This document shows, piece after piece, positions 1 through 9,474 of a DNA stretch of 64,000 bases (positions are counted from its first letter, which is position 1; the number at the start of each line of letters is the position of its first letter). This DNA comes from Acidiferrobacterales bacterium. GTDB taxonomy: Bacteria; Pseudomonadota; Gammaproteobacteria; Acidiferrobacterales; JAJDNE01. A model generated the notes under the pieces. That model was not told the DNA's origin, made no database searches, and worked only from the letters and a program-made list of their open reading frames with translations. The stretch is taken from assembly GCA_022340825.1 (NCBI GenBank), contig JAJDNE010000048.1:20-64019 (forward strand), given 5' to 3'. The translations under genes and the position numbers were made by a program.

Positions 1-727
1 AGGCACGCGCCACCAGCCAGACTTCAACCGATCTCGCACCGGCCTTGAGCAAAGCATCGGCCGCGGCGTTGGCGGTGTGACCGGTAGTCATGACGTCATC
101 GACCAGCGCAATGCGCATACCAACGACATTCCCACTCACGGCAAACGCACCACGGACATTTTTTAAACGCTGCCGTCTTGGCAAGTCGGTTTGTGACGGT
201 GTTTTACGCAAGCGTTGCAGGCGCCTTGGATCGACTGTTAGCCCGAATTGTCGAGCAAGCGGTTTGGCCAGTTCGTAAGCCTGGTTGTAGCCACGCGTAC
301 GCAGCCGCGTGCGATGTAGCGGGATTGGCAGAATAATATCCGGCGGCGTGCTGATAGTAGTCGCTACGGTGTCTGCCATCAGGGAGCCAAGTACGCGCGC
401 CAGGTAGAGCTTGCGGTGATATTTCAGATCAAGAATCAGGTTGCTGATGGGTTCCTGGTAGGTGAATGCAGCAATGACCGACGTGAACGCTGGCGGGTGT
501 TTCTGGCAGCGCCCACATACCCATTCGCGGTGGCTTCGAGTTGCCTCAGCCGCATCATCCCATAGCGGCGCTGCGCAAATTCGACACCCGAAACCATGGG
601 CAGGAAGTGAGCGCTTACAATCGGAACAGAAATCCTGACCGGCGTCGACACGCCGTCGGCACAGTTCGCAGCTACCCGGGAACAGATAGTTCTGCACATT
701 TTTTAGGCGTTGGTAAACCATAAGCAT
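1..727 (-). CDS. comF: ComF family phosphoribosyltransferase-like protein (C-terminus runs off the window)
   Basis: Absent from the ORF track because it is partial. Manual minus-strand translation gives MLMVYQRLKNVQNYLFPGSCELCRRRVDAGQDFCSDCKRSLPAHGFGCRICAAP (Cys-pair zinc-finger-like N-terminus). Near position 118 it gives the PRTase motif MRIALVDDVMTTGHTANAAADALLKAG. It lies divergent to the bio genes, as in Pseudomonas. Confidence 0.8.
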   Translation of the reverse strand, partial: MLMVYQRLKNVQNYLFPGSCELCRRRVDAGQDFCSDCKRSLPAHGFGCRICAAPLWDDAAEATRSHREWVCGRCQKHPPAFTSVIAAFTYQEPISNLILDLKYHRKLYLARVLGSLMADTVATTISTPPDIILPIPLHRTRLRTRGYNQAYELAKPLARQFGLTVDPRRLQRLRKTPSQTDLPRRQRLKNVRGAFAVSGNVVGMRIALVDDVMTTGHTANAAADALLKAGARSVEVWLVARA

Positions 728-801
728 CCATGCTTGTTGACTATAAGGGGATAGTCACTAAACTGCCGGCGTGTAGCCATCCCCGGCCACGAGACCTGAC
801 T

Positions 802-1956
802 ATGACGGACCTCGACCAGAAACTTCAAGCCCTTCGCGACGAGAACCTGTTCCGTGAGCGGCGCCTGCTGCAATCGCCGCAGGGCGTGGAAGTCACCATC
901 GACAACGAGCCGTTGCTGGCATTCTGCAGCAACGACTACCTGGGCCTGGCGGCGGACCCGCGGGTTATCGCAGCCTTGAAGCAGGGCGCAGATAACTATG
1001 GCGTCGGTTCCGGCGCCTCTCATCTGGTGACCGGCCATAGCACACCGCACCACCTGCTGGAGGAAGAACTGGCCGATTTTGTCGGCGCGGAGCGCGTCCT
1101 GGTCTTTTCTACCGGTTACATGGCAAATATTGGCGTAGTGAGTGCGCTGATGGGTCGCAATAGCCTGATTCTTGAAGATAAACTGAACCATGCCTCGCTA
1201 ATTGATGCCGCGCGCCTCTCACGAGCCGATTCGCGACGCTATCCCCATGGCGACCTGGCAAGGGTCGAGCAATTATTGCGCGAGGCGAATACCCCAGTGA
1301 TGATGGCCACCGATGCGGTCTTCAGCATGGACGGCGACCTGGCGCCATTACCGGAACTGGTTGCGCTGGCGCGGAAATACAATAGCTGGCTGCTGGCTGA
1401 TGATGCCCATGGCCTCGGCACCCTCGGCGAGCACGGGCAGGGTAGTTTCAGTCATTTTGGCATCGGTCTCGATGATCCGACTATATATATAGGTACACTT
1501 GGCAAGGCCTTCGGCACCTTCGGCGCCTTTGTTGCCGGTAGCGATACCCTGATCGAGACCCTGCTGCAGACGGCCCGTACCTATATATATACCACCGCGC
1601 TGCCACCGGCGGTGGCGGAGGCCACTCGCGAGAGCCTGCGCATTGTTAAAAGCGAGGACTGGCGCCGCGAGCATTTGCGTGAGCTGATAGCTAAATTCCG
1701 CGCCGGCGTCACCGAAATGGGTCTTGAGTTAATGCCATCCGATACCGCCATCCAGCCTATAGTCCTCGGCAGCGCCGAGGCAGCGCTGGCGGCAACGAGC
1801 AGGCTGCGGGAGCAGGGGATACTGGTGCCGGCGATTCGTCCGCCGACGGTACCCGCGGGCACCGCGCGCCTGCGCATCACCTTTTCAGCGGCACACACCG
1901 ATGCACAACTGCAAAGATTGTTGAGTGCGCTAGCCGAATTACCGGGTGCCAAATGA
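802..1956 (+). CDS. bioF: 8-amino-7-oxononanoate synthase
   Basis: ORF track 730..1956. The likely start is the ATG at 802 (MTDLDQKLQALRDENLFRERR). It has class II aminotransferase features, including the PLP-lysine context GTLGKAFGTFGAFVAG. bioH, bioC and bioD follow. Confidence 0.9.
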   Translation: MTDLDQKLQALRDENLFRERRLLQSPQGVEVTIDNEPLLAFCSNDYLGLAADPRVIAALKQGADNYGVGSGASHLVTGHSTPHHLLEEELADFVGAERVLVFSTGYMANIGVVSALMGRNSLILEDKLNHASLIDAARLSRADSRRYPHGDLARVEQLLREANTPVMMATDAVFSMDGDLAPLPELVALARKYNSWLLADDAHGLGTLGEHGQGSFSHFGIGLDDPTIYIGTLGKAFGTFGAFVAGSDTLIETLLQTARTYIYTTALPPAVAEATRESLRIVKSEDWRREHLRELIAKFRAGVTEMGLELMPSDTAIQPIVLGSAEAALAATSRLREQGILVPAIRPPTVPAGTARLRITFSAAHTDAQLQRLLSALAELPGAK

Positions 1957-2726
1957 CATCGCTCTACTACGAACAAACCGGCGGTGGCCCGGACCTGGTT
2001 TTACTGCACGGGTGGGGACTGCATGGCGGCGTCTTTCGTCAGCTTATGGATTCGCTAAGTGATGAATTCTGTGTGACCGCGATCGATCTGCCCGGCTATG
2101 GACGCAGCCCGGTGGTTAGCGAACCGCCGTCGCTCAACGACATGGCCGACAGCCTGGCAACGCTGGTCGCGAAACCCGCGGTGTGGCTTGGGTGGTCACT
2201 TGGCGGGCTGGTCGCGATGATACTGGCGATGCGTCACGCAGAGCTGGTGCGCGGACTGGTGCTGGTGGCTGCAACACCACGATTTGTTCAGGCAACGGAC
2301 TGGTCCGCCGGCATGGCACCAGAGACCTTCTCGGGTTTTGCCAAGGGACTGACTGACGATTGTCACGCAACCTTGAACCGTTTCGTGAGCCTGCAAAGCG
2401 GCGGCGGGAACGCCTCCCGGGAACTGATACGCCAATTGCGCGAGGAAGTCTTCAAACACGGTGAGCCCCATACCGGGACGCTGGCAGCCGGGTTGGAGCA
2501 GCTCCGTGACACTGACCTGAGACAGTCATTGGCTGAAATAAAAACTCCCACCTTGTTGATTCATGGTGACAGTGATCGCCTGACGCCAGCGGCTGCCAGC
2601 GAATACCTGGCACAGGCACTGCCTGATGCAGAAATGGTGTTGGTGAAAACAGCGGGCCACGCACCATTTATTTCACATACGAATATCGTGGCCGAGCATA
2701 TCCGGAATTTTATCCATGGCCTCTGA
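1953..2726 (+). CDS. bioH: pimeloyl-ACP methyl ester carboxylesterase
   Basis: Alpha/beta hydrolase with LVLLHGWGLHGGVF and nucleophile elbow GWSLGG. It sits between bioF and bioC, and its start overlaps the bioF stop by 4 nt. Confidence 0.85.
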   Translation: MTSLYYEQTGGGPDLVLLHGWGLHGGVFRQLMDSLSDEFCVTAIDLPGYGRSPVVSEPPSLNDMADSLATLVAKPAVWLGWSLGGLVAMILAMRHAELVRGLVLVAATPRFVQATDWSAGMAPETFSGFAKGLTDDCHATLNRFVSLQSGGGNASRELIRQLREEVFKHGEPHTGTLAAGLEQLRDTDLRQSLAEIKTPTLLIHGDSDRLTPAAASEYLAQALPDAEMVLVKTAGHAPFISHTNIVAEHIRNFIHGL

Positions 2727-3588
2727 TGCCATCGCGGCAATAAACAAACGCCAGGTAAGGCAGGCATTCGATCGTGCCGCCGAAACCTACGACCAGTATG
2801 CGGTGCTGCAATATGATATTGCCGAGCGTGTACTGGAGCGGCTTGATGTGATTCGCGTGGACGTTAGGACGGTGCTCGATATCGGATGTGGCACCGGTTA
2901 TTGCACCCGTGCATTGGCAAATCGTTATCCCGGTGCCAACGTGATCGGCCTGGATCTGTCACCGGCGATGGTCGCCGCGGCACACAAGCAACGCGGTTGG
3001 CGCCGCCGAAGCCGCTACCTGAGCGGCGACGCCGAGGCCCTGCCGATTGCAGACCAGAGTGTGGATTTGCTGTTTTCCAACCTCGCAATCCAGTGGTGCG
3101 ATCCTGAAAGGGTGTTCGCCGAGTTTACGCGCGTGCTGCGTCCCGGCGGTGTGCTGATGTTCACCACCTTCGGCCCCGATACCCTGAAGGAACTGCGTGA
3201 GGCATGGCGCCAGGTCAATGATGCCCCGCACGTACATACCTTCATCGATATGCACGACCTTGGCGACGCGCTGATGCGTGCGGGCCTCTCCGAGCCGGTA
3301 ATGGATGTGGAAACGCTGGTTGTGCAATACCCGGATGTTGCCGGTGTTATGCGAGACCTGAAAGGTATCGGTGCCTACAACATGGATCCGGATCGTACCC
3401 GCGGTTTAACCGGCAAGCAGAGTTACCGGGAGTTCCACAGCGCCTATGAGGCGATGGCGGTGGAGGGAAAAATACCCGCTACCTACGAAGCCGTGTTTGG
3501 CCATGCGTGGGCACCGGCGACGCCAGGAAGAAAAGTTGGCGGCGATCAGGTAGTCCCTGTCTCTGCGATTCGTGGTCGTTCCCGATGA
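2716..3588 (+). CDS. bioC: malonyl-ACP O-methyltransferase
   Basis: Class I SAM methyltransferase motif VLDIGCGTGYCT, with bio operon context. Confidence 0.85.
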   Translation: MASDAIAAINKRQVRQAFDRAAETYDQYAVLQYDIAERVLERLDVIRVDVRTVLDIGCGTGYCTRALANRYPGANVIGLDLSPAMVAAAHKQRGWRRRSRYLSGDAEALPIADQSVDLLFSNLAIQWCDPERVFAEFTRVLRPGGVLMFTTFGPDTLKELREAWRQVNDAPHVHTFIDMHDLGDALMRAGLSEPVMDVETLVVQYPDVAGVMRDLKGIGAYNMDPDRTRGLTGKQSYREFHSAYEAMAVEGKIPATYEAVFGHAWAPATPGRKVGGDQVVPVSAIRGRSR

Positions 3589-4259
3589 ACCGCGGGGGAT
3601 ACTTTATTACTGGTACCGACACGGGTGTCGGCAAGACGCAGATAGCGGCGGCGCTGATTACGCTGCTAGCACAGCGACATAAGCGAGTCGTCGGTATGAA
3701 ACCCGTGGCCAGTGGCTGTAGCGAAAATGGTGGCGCACTGCGCAACGCAGACGCGCAGTTGCTGATTGAAGCCAGCTCTGTCGACGTCGACTATGCAGAC
3801 GTCAATCCCTATGCATTCGCGCCCGCGATTGCACCGCACGTGGCGGCTGAAGACGCCGGCACCAAGATCGAGCTCGAGTCGGTGCTCGATCACTTCGAGC
3901 GCCTGCAGCAGCAGGCGGACTACGTGGTGGTCGAGGGCGTGGGCGGCTGGATGGTACCGCTGGGACACATCATTACCACCGAGCACATGGCCAAGGCCCT
4001 CGATCTGCCGGTTGTGCTGGTCATCGGCATGCGCCTCGGATGCCTCAATCACGGACTGTTGACGGCGCGCGCGATCGAGGCGGCAGGCCTGCCGTTGGCG
4101 GGCTGGGTCGCCAACACGATTGATCCCGAGATGGAACGCGTAAACGATAATTTACGCACGTTGAAAAATCGCTTGAACGCGCCGTTTTTAGGCCTGATTC
4201 CGTGGATCGAAAGTGCCGCTCCTGCCGAATTATCAAGATTTCTTTCGTTGCCGGAGTAG
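3585..4259 (+). CDS. bioD: dethiobiotin synthase
   Basis: ORF track 3507..4259. The likely start is the ATG at 3585, giving an ATGA overlap with the bioC stop. The N-terminus MNRGGYFITGTDTGVGKT is the BioD P-loop. Confidence 0.9.
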   Translation: MNRGGYFITGTDTGVGKTQIAAALITLLAQRHKRVVGMKPVASGCSENGGALRNADAQLLIEASSVDVDYADVNPYAFAPAIAPHVAAEDAGTKIELESVLDHFERLQQQADYVVVEGVGGWMVPLGHIITTEHMAKALDLPVVLVIGMRLGCLNHGLLTARAIEAAGLPLAGWVANTIDPEMERVNDNLRTLKNRLNAPFLGLIPWIESAAPAELSRFLSLPE

Positions 4260-4335
4260 AATGAGCTTAAGAATGAAAATCATTCCGCTTATCAATTGTT
4301 TTTATCGTACGTAAGACTCAGTTTTAAGTTCTTGT

Positions 4336-4349
4336 TTGATATAGATCAT
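4336..4349. promoter_or_regulatory. FNR/ANR-type box (TTGAT-N4-ATCAt) upstream of coxB
   Basis: The sequence TTGATATAGATCAT matches the TTGAT-N4-ATCAA consensus at 9 of 10 positions. It lies about 320 nt upstream of coxB in an AT-rich intergenic region. Confidence 0.35.
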
Positions 4350-4664
4350 TGACTACACTGTCTTGTTGCAGGGTCTTTATTCCGTATGATAGTGTCCGCT
4401 CCCAATAAATAAGTAAAAAATCGGTGAAAAGGCGAAAAAATCGTCAACGGCGAAGGGGAAAGTATGTATCTCGCCGAATCATCGAAAAAATAACCAGCCG
4501 CCATCAGATAGGGAAGCGCGGTAACTGCTAGGGACCACTAGGAAATTTCAGTGTGGGTTAAGCAACCCGGCTGGCGCGGAACGTAAAGAATTCCGGACGG
4601 GCCAATGTGCACGTTCTAGGTTTAACGTTAAATTAATAATTATCCTTTCCGACGGGAGCAGAGC

Positions 4665-5804
4665 ATGTCCATAAGTCGTTTCAGACTCGCCACAGGCGTC
4701 ATTCCACGCCTGGTAGTTGGCACTTCACTCTTACTTGTATCCGGCATTGCCGCCGCAGACTATGCACTAAATTTCCAGCAGCCGGTTTCGTCGATTGGGC
4801 GTGAGGTCTTTGATCTCCACAACCTGATCACAATTATCTGCTTCGTGATTATGGCCCTGGTTGCCGGTGTGATGCTCTGGTCAATTGCATTCCATCGCAA
4901 GAGCAGTGGTCGCAAGCCAGCCACCTTCCACGACAATACCAAACTCGAAGTATTGTGGACGGTCGTTCCTTTCATCATCCTGGTTGGCATGGCAATTCCT
5001 TCTACCAGCGCGTTGCTTCACATGGATGACACCAGCAACTCTGATATGACGCTGAAGATCACCGGTTATCAGTGGAAATGGGAATACGAGTACCCGGCTG
5101 AAGGCATCAAATTCATGAGCACACTTGCCACGCCGAGAGACCAGATCAACAACGTGGCGGACAAAGGTGAACATTACCTGTTGGAAGTAGACAATAACGT
5201 AGTATTGCCAGTCGGCAAGAAGATTCGTCTGCTGGTTACTGCCAATGACGTGCTTCATGCCTGGTGGGTACCCGCCCTGGCAACGAAGAAAGATGCAATT
5301 CCTGGCTTTATCAATGAACTATGGGTCAAGATCGATGAGCCTGGCATCTATCGCGGCCAGTGCGCCGAACTCTGCGGCAAGGACCATGGCTTTATGCCAA
5401 TCGTGGTCGAGGCCGTCAGTGACTCTGATTTCAAGAAATGGGCGAATCGTCAGAAGGGCCAGATGGTTGCCGCTGCCGCTGCTGCCGGCAAGAGCTGGAG
5501 CAAGGCCGACCTGCTTAAGCAAGGCGAAAAAGTCTACAATCAGAATTGTGCAGCTTGTCACGGCGCAACCGGCGCCGGTATCCCGGGCGTGTTCCCGGCG
5601 ATGGCTGGAAGCAAGGTCGCCAACGGTCCTGTCAATGGCCACCTGGACATTGTCTTGCACGGCAAAGCCGGCACCGCCATGGCGGCATTTGGCAAACAAT
5701 TGAGCGATGTCGACATCGCAGCGGTTGTCACCTACGAACGTAATTCGTTCGGTAACAAGACAGGTGATGTGATTCAGCCCTCGCAGGCCAAGTCCCTGCG
5801 CTAA
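4665..5804 (+). CDS. coxB: cytochrome c oxidase subunit II with C-terminal cytochrome c domain
   Basis: CuA site HAWWVP...CAELCGKDHGFM and heme c motif CAACH in the C-terminal extension. There are two N-terminal TM helices. Confidence 0.92.
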   Translation: MSISRFRLATGVIPRLVVGTSLLLVSGIAAADYALNFQQPVSSIGREVFDLHNLITIICFVIMALVAGVMLWSIAFHRKSSGRKPATFHDNTKLEVLWTVVPFIILVGMAIPSTSALLHMDDTSNSDMTLKITGYQWKWEYEYPAEGIKFMSTLATPRDQINNVADKGEHYLLEVDNNVVLPVGKKIRLLVTANDVLHAWWVPALATKKDAIPGFINELWVKIDEPGIYRGQCAELCGKDHGFMPIVVEAVSDSDFKKWANRQKGQMVAAAAAAGKSWSKADLLKQGEKVYNQNCAACHGATGAGIPGVFPAMAGSKVANGPVNGHLDIVLHGKAGTAMAAFGKQLSDVDIAAVVTYERNSFGNKTGDVIQPSQAKSLR

Positions 5805-5831
5805 GCGTATTTATTCAAGGAGATCTCTAAA

Positions 5832-7379
5832 ATGGCACACGATCATCCGACTGGTCTGAAGCGGTGGCTGTTTACCACCAACCACAAAGACATCGGCACC
5901 ATGTACCTGGTGTTTGCGTTCACCATGGCACTTATTGGCGGCAGCATGTCGCTGGTTATCCGCGCCGAGCTGTTCCAGCCCGGCCTGCAGATTGTCGAAC
6001 CTCACTTCTTTAATCAAATGACGACTGTGCATGCACTGGTCATGATTTTCGGTTTCATCATGCCGGCCTTTGTGGGCCTGGCCAACTGGCAGATCCCGAT
6101 GATGATCGGTGCGCCGGATATGGCACTGCCGCGTATGAACAACTGGAGCTTCTGGATCCTGCCTTTTGCCGGCACGTTGCTGATGCTTTCCCTGTTCATG
6201 CCTGGTGGCGGACCTGCCGGCGGCTGGACGATTTATCCGCCGTTGTCTGTCCAGGGCGGAATCGGCATGGATTTCACCATTCTCACTATCCACTTGCTGG
6301 GCATATCGTCGATTCTTGGTTCGATTAATATCATTTCCACCATTCTGAACATGCGCGCACCGGGTATGACCCTGATGAAAATGCCGATGTTCGTCTGGAG
6401 CTGGTTGATTACTGCATTCCTGCTGATTGCCTCGATTCCGGTTCTGGCGGGTGCTGTCACCATGCTGCTGACCGATCGTCATTTCGGCACGCATTTCTTT
6501 AATGCTGCCGGCGGCGGTGACCCGGTCCTGTTCCAGCATGTATTCTGGTTCTTCGGCCACCCCGAGGTATATATCCTGGTATTGCCGGCGTTTGGTGTGT
6601 TCTCCCAGATCATCCCGACCTTTGCGCGCAAACCGCTATTTGGCTATGCCTCCATGGTTTTCGCAACTGCGACTATCGCGTTCCTGTCATTCATCGTGTG
6701 GGCACACCACATGTATACCGTCGGTATGCCGATGGCGGGTGAGTTGTTCTTCATGTATTCGACCATGTTGATTGCGGTTCCGACCGGCGTGAAGGTATTC
6801 AACTGGCTATCGACCATGTGGCGCGGTTCCATGACCTTCGAAACCCCGATGTTGTGGGCAATTGGCGGTGTCTTTACCTTTACTATTGGCGGTCTCTCCG
6901 GCCTGATGTTGTCCATCACCCCGGCTGACTTCCAGTATCACGACACCTATTTCGTGGTAGCTCACTTCCATTACGTGATCATCGGCGGCTCGGCGTTCGC
7001 CCTGTTTGGCGCCATCTTCTACTGGCTGCCCAAGTGGACCGGTCACATGTACAACGAAGGTCTTGGCAAGCTGCATTTCTGGCTGACCATGATCGGTTTC
7101 AACCTGACGTTTTTCCCGCAGCATTTCCTGGGCCTGGCCGGCATGCCGCGTCGTATCCCGGATTACTCGCTGCAGTTCAGTGGCTTCAACGAGTGGTCGA
7201 CCATTGGTGCATTTCTCACCATCGGTGCGCAGTTCATCTTCTTCTACGTGGCATTCAAGACCATCAAGGGTGGAGAGAAAGCTACCAAGGAAGTCTGGGA
7301 AGGTGCAGAAGGTCTGGAGTGGACGGTTGCTTCGCCTGCTCCATATCACACCTTTGAGACCGCTCCGAACGTCAAGTAA
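5832..7379 (+). CDS. ctaD: cytochrome c oxidase subunit I
   Basis: A 515 aa polytopic protein with the heme-copper oxidase signature [17 protein letters not shown] and HHMYTVG. Confidence 0.95.
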   Translation: MAHDHPTGLKRWLFTTNHKDIGTMYLVFAFTMALIGGSMSLVIRAELFQPGLQIVEPHFFNQMTTVHALVMIFGFIMPAFVGLANWQIPMMIGAPDMALPRMNNWSFWILPFAGTLLMLSLFMPGGGPAGGWTIYPPLSVQGGIGMDFTILTIHLLGISSILGSINIISTILNMRAPGMTLMKMPMFVWSWLITAFLLIASIPVLAGAVTMLLTDRHFGTHFFNAAGGGDPVLFQHVFWFFGHPEVYILVLPAFGVFSQIIPTFARKPLFGYASMVFATATIAFLSFIVWAHHMYTVGMPMAGELFFMYSTMLIAVPTGVKVFNWLSTMWRGSMTFETPMLWAIGGVFTFTIGGLSGLMLSITPADFQYHDTYFVVAHFHYVIIGGSAFALFGAIFYWLPKWTGHMYNEGLGKLHFWLTMIGFNLTFFPQHFLGLAGMPRRIPDYSLQFSGFNEWSTIGAFLTIGAQFIFFYVAFKTIKGGEKATKEVWEGAEGLEWTVASPAPYHTFETAPNVK

Positions 7380-7387
7380 CGAATGCT

Positions 7388-7409
7388 CGCCCCGGGAATA
7401 CCCGGGGCG
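7388..7409 (+). other. intercistronic perfect stem-loop (9 bp stem, 4 nt loop) after the coxA stop
   Basis: The sequence is CGCCCCGGG-AATA-CCCGGGGCG. There is no downstream T-tract, so it is not a canonical terminator. Confidence 0.6.
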
Positions 7410-7431
7410 ATGCTACTAAACTAAAAAGAGT

Positions 7432-7551
7432 ATGAACCAATTGGCTGAACAGAATCCTGAACAACGCAAACGCATTATCATTACTGCGTTGATTGTTGGT
7501 GCCATTGCCCTGGCATTTTTCCTGTCTGCATTTTTTGCATTGGGTAAGTGA
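7432..7551 (+). CDS. small single-TM protein (39 aa), probably a cytochrome oxidase small assembly protein
   Basis: Below the ORF-track size cutoff. Manual translation gives MNQLAEQNPEQRKRIIITALIVGAIALAFFLSAFFALGK. It is preceded by AAAAAGAG, and its stop overlaps the ctaG GTG start (GTGA). Confidence 0.5.
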   Translation: MNQLAEQNPEQRKRIIITALIVGAIALAFFLSAFFALGK

Positions 7552-8159
7552 GCAGAGCAGAAGAATTTAGTCAGGCCAACAAGCGCACGATGCGCAAGTT
7601 GTTTGTTGTTGCCCTGGCCATGTTCGGTTTTGGTTATGCGTTGGTACCGCTGTATAACGTGTTTTGCGAGGTCACCGGGATCAATGGCAAGACAACCCGG
7701 GGTACACTTGCCGAGGCGAATGTTGACACGAGCCGCTGGATAAACGTTGAGTTTACCGGGCGTACCGAATCCAGTCTGTCTTGGCAATTTCGACCCGAGA
7801 AATACAAGATGCGTATACACCCGGGGCAGGTGGTCGTCGCGAATTATGTCGCTCGGAATGTCTCTGACGGAGTCATTACCGGTCGCGCCATTCCGAGCGT
7901 CAGCCCTGGCCGCGCAGCGAGGCATTTTAAGAAAATTGAGTGTTTCTGCTTTACCGAGCAGACATTGAAAGCCGGTGAAGAAAAAGAGATGCCGGTACAG
8001 TTTTATGTCGATAAAAAAGTACCACCAGAAGTCGACACGATAACGCTGTCGTATACGTTCTTTAAGCTGAACGAGACAGTTACAAACAAGGATGGAGGGA
8101 AGCCGGTCGCCGTCAATGGCCATTCGGTTTCCGGGCAGCAGGTTAAACCTGGTGTCTGA
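7548..8159 (+). CDS. ctaG: cytochrome c oxidase assembly protein CtaG/Cox11
   Basis: N-terminal TM helix followed by LVPLYNVFCEVTGINGK. The copper-binding CFCF motif is present (IECFCFTEQ). Confidence 0.9.
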   Translation: MSRAEEFSQANKRTMRKLFVVALAMFGFGYALVPLYNVFCEVTGINGKTTRGTLAEANVDTSRWINVEFTGRTESSLSWQFRPEKYKMRIHPGQVVVANYVARNVSDGVITGRAIPSVSPGRAARHFKKIECFCFTEQTLKAGEEKEMPVQFYVDKKVPPEVDTITLSYTFFKLNETVTNKDGGKPVAVNGHSVSGQQVKPGV

Positions 8160-8199
8160 GACTTTGTAAATTAAATACTGACAATAAGAGGATCTTCGT

Positions 8200-9084
8200 A
8201 TGTCCGCGAAAGGTAGCTATTACTTGCCCGAACCGAGTGCCTGGCCGATCGTCACGTCTGCCGGCATGTTTCTGCTCGCACTTGGTCTGATTCTGACTAT
8301 TAACAGCGTTGCACCAGGCAGCTGGATCATGCTGGCCGGTTTTGCTGTGATCGTTTACATGATGATTCGCTGGTTTGGCCAGGTCATCACGGAGAGCGAG
8401 GCCGGTAGTTACAACGACCAGGTAGACATGTCCTTCCGTCTCGGGATGGGCTGGTTCATTGGCTCGGAGGTCATGTTCTTTGCCGCGTTTTTCGGCGCCC
8501 TGTTCTACATTCGCCAGTTCTCGGTGCCATGGTTGGGCTCCGGTCTGGAGAGTGAGTTGCTGTGGAAGGGTTTTGAAAGCACCTGGCCGACCGCTGGTCC
8601 TCAAGGCCCGGTAGCATTGCCGCCCAATTCTCATCATGTTGGCGAGAACCAGTTTTCACCGATGGGCGCCATGGGCATCCCGTTTATCAACACCATGATC
8701 CTGTTGTCATCGGGTGTTACCGTCACCTGGGCTCACTGGGGATTGAAAAAGGATAACCGTGCGCAATTAATTACCGGTCTGTTTCTGACGGTCGCGCTTG
8801 GCATCACCTTCCTTAGTCTGCAGGCATACGAGTATGTACATGCCTACACCGAATTGGGCCTAACCCTGCAGGCCGGTGTATATGGCGCTACTTTCTTTAT
8901 GCTGACCGGTTTCCACGGGTTACACGTGACCATGGGCACCATTATGTTGATCGTCATTCTTGGACGCTCGATTAAGGGTCACTTCAGCGCAGAACACCAC
9001 TTCGGATTCGAAGGGGTGGCCTGGTACTGGCACTTTGTTGATGTGGTCTGGTTGGGTCTGTTTATCTTCGTATACTGGTTGTAA
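8200..9084 (+). CDS. coxC: cytochrome c oxidase subunit III
   Basis: A 294 aa 7-TM protein with [11 protein letters not shown] and [11 protein letters not shown], both typical of subunit III. Confidence 0.92.
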   Translation: MSAKGSYYLPEPSAWPIVTSAGMFLLALGLILTINSVAPGSWIMLAGFAVIVYMMIRWFGQVITESEAGSYNDQVDMSFRLGMGWFIGSEVMFFAAFFGALFYIRQFSVPWLGSGLESELLWKGFESTWPTAGPQGPVALPPNSHHVGENQFSPMGAMGIPFINTMILLSSGVTVTWAHWGLKKDNRAQLITGLFLTVALGITFLSLQAYEYVHAYTELGLTLQAGVYGATFFMLTGFHGLHVTMGTIMLIVILGRSIKGHFSAEHHFGFEGVAWYWHFVDVVWLGLFIFVYWL

Positions 9085-9108
9085 TTCCGGGCGAAGAACA
9101 AAAGAAAA

Positions 9109-9134
9109 GGCGCCGCAGATGCGGCGCCTTTTCT
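9109..9134. terminator. bidirectional rho-independent terminator
   Basis: GGCGCCGC-AGAT-GCGGCGCC is flanked by an A-rich run upstream and TTTTCT downstream. It sits between convergent coxC and the DUF2909 gene. Confidence 0.8.
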
Positions 9135-9169
9135 ATATCTGAATCGAATAGTCGTTGAAGAATTGAGGT

Positions 9170-9397
9170 TTAAGGCACGGTTCGCAGACCGGTCGCAGGT
9201 ATAATGCCGAAATAGTAACCAGCGCCCAGGGCGAGGAACAGAGCCATGGACAAGCCAATGCGAAGCGTCAGCGCTTTTACCATACGGGTGCTGTCCTTGT
9301 GTCCGCGGTCTTTTACCAGGAACGTCAGGGCCGAGAACAGGCTACCGATAATCAGCAGCAGAATGAAAATGACAAGATATTTCAAAAAGAGAATCAT
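9170..9397 (-). CDS. twin transmembrane helix small protein (DUF2909-like)
   Basis: 75 aa with two hydrophobic helices. It occupies the conserved position between coxC and SURF1 in gammaproteobacterial cox clusters. Confidence 0.6.
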   Translation of the reverse strand: MILFLKYLVIFILLLIIGSLFSALTFLVKDRGHKDSTRMVKALTLRIGLSMALFLALGAGYYFGIIPATGLRTVP

Positions 9398-9474
9398 GAT
9401 AAAAACCGAAAAATGCGTGTTTGACTATTATACGTGCTAATGCCCCGTTCGTAACCGCCTGTTCACCGTAAATC

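Noticed and set aside
730-801. N-terminal extensions in the ORF track. Examples are bioF from 730, bioD from 3507, the second M16 from 22712, the reductase from 36029, hemX to 39463, lpxC from 56704, the aldo-keto reductase to 60927 and the methyltransferase from 52525.
   Set aside because: The extensions overlap upstream genes or lack similarity to the conserved N-termini. Internal ATG or GTG codons reproduce the canonical N-terminal motifs.
4261-4315. A tiny ORF (MSLRMKIIPLINCFYRT) and a weak GAATG/CATTC hairpin right after bioD.
   Set aside because: The ORF has only 17 codons and no ribosome binding site. The hairpin has a 5 bp stem and no U-tract, so neither can be supported.
5811-6560. 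A 249 aa minus-strand ORF inside coxA. Similar long antisense ORFs occur at 703-1191, 7416-8123, 14213-14890, 21595-22317, 24749-25429, 51216-51815 and 54126-54743.
   Set aside because: Each lies fully antisense to a gene with unmistakable conserved motifs. Their translations are low-complexity and Arg/His/Gly-rich, as expected from GC-rich antisense frames.
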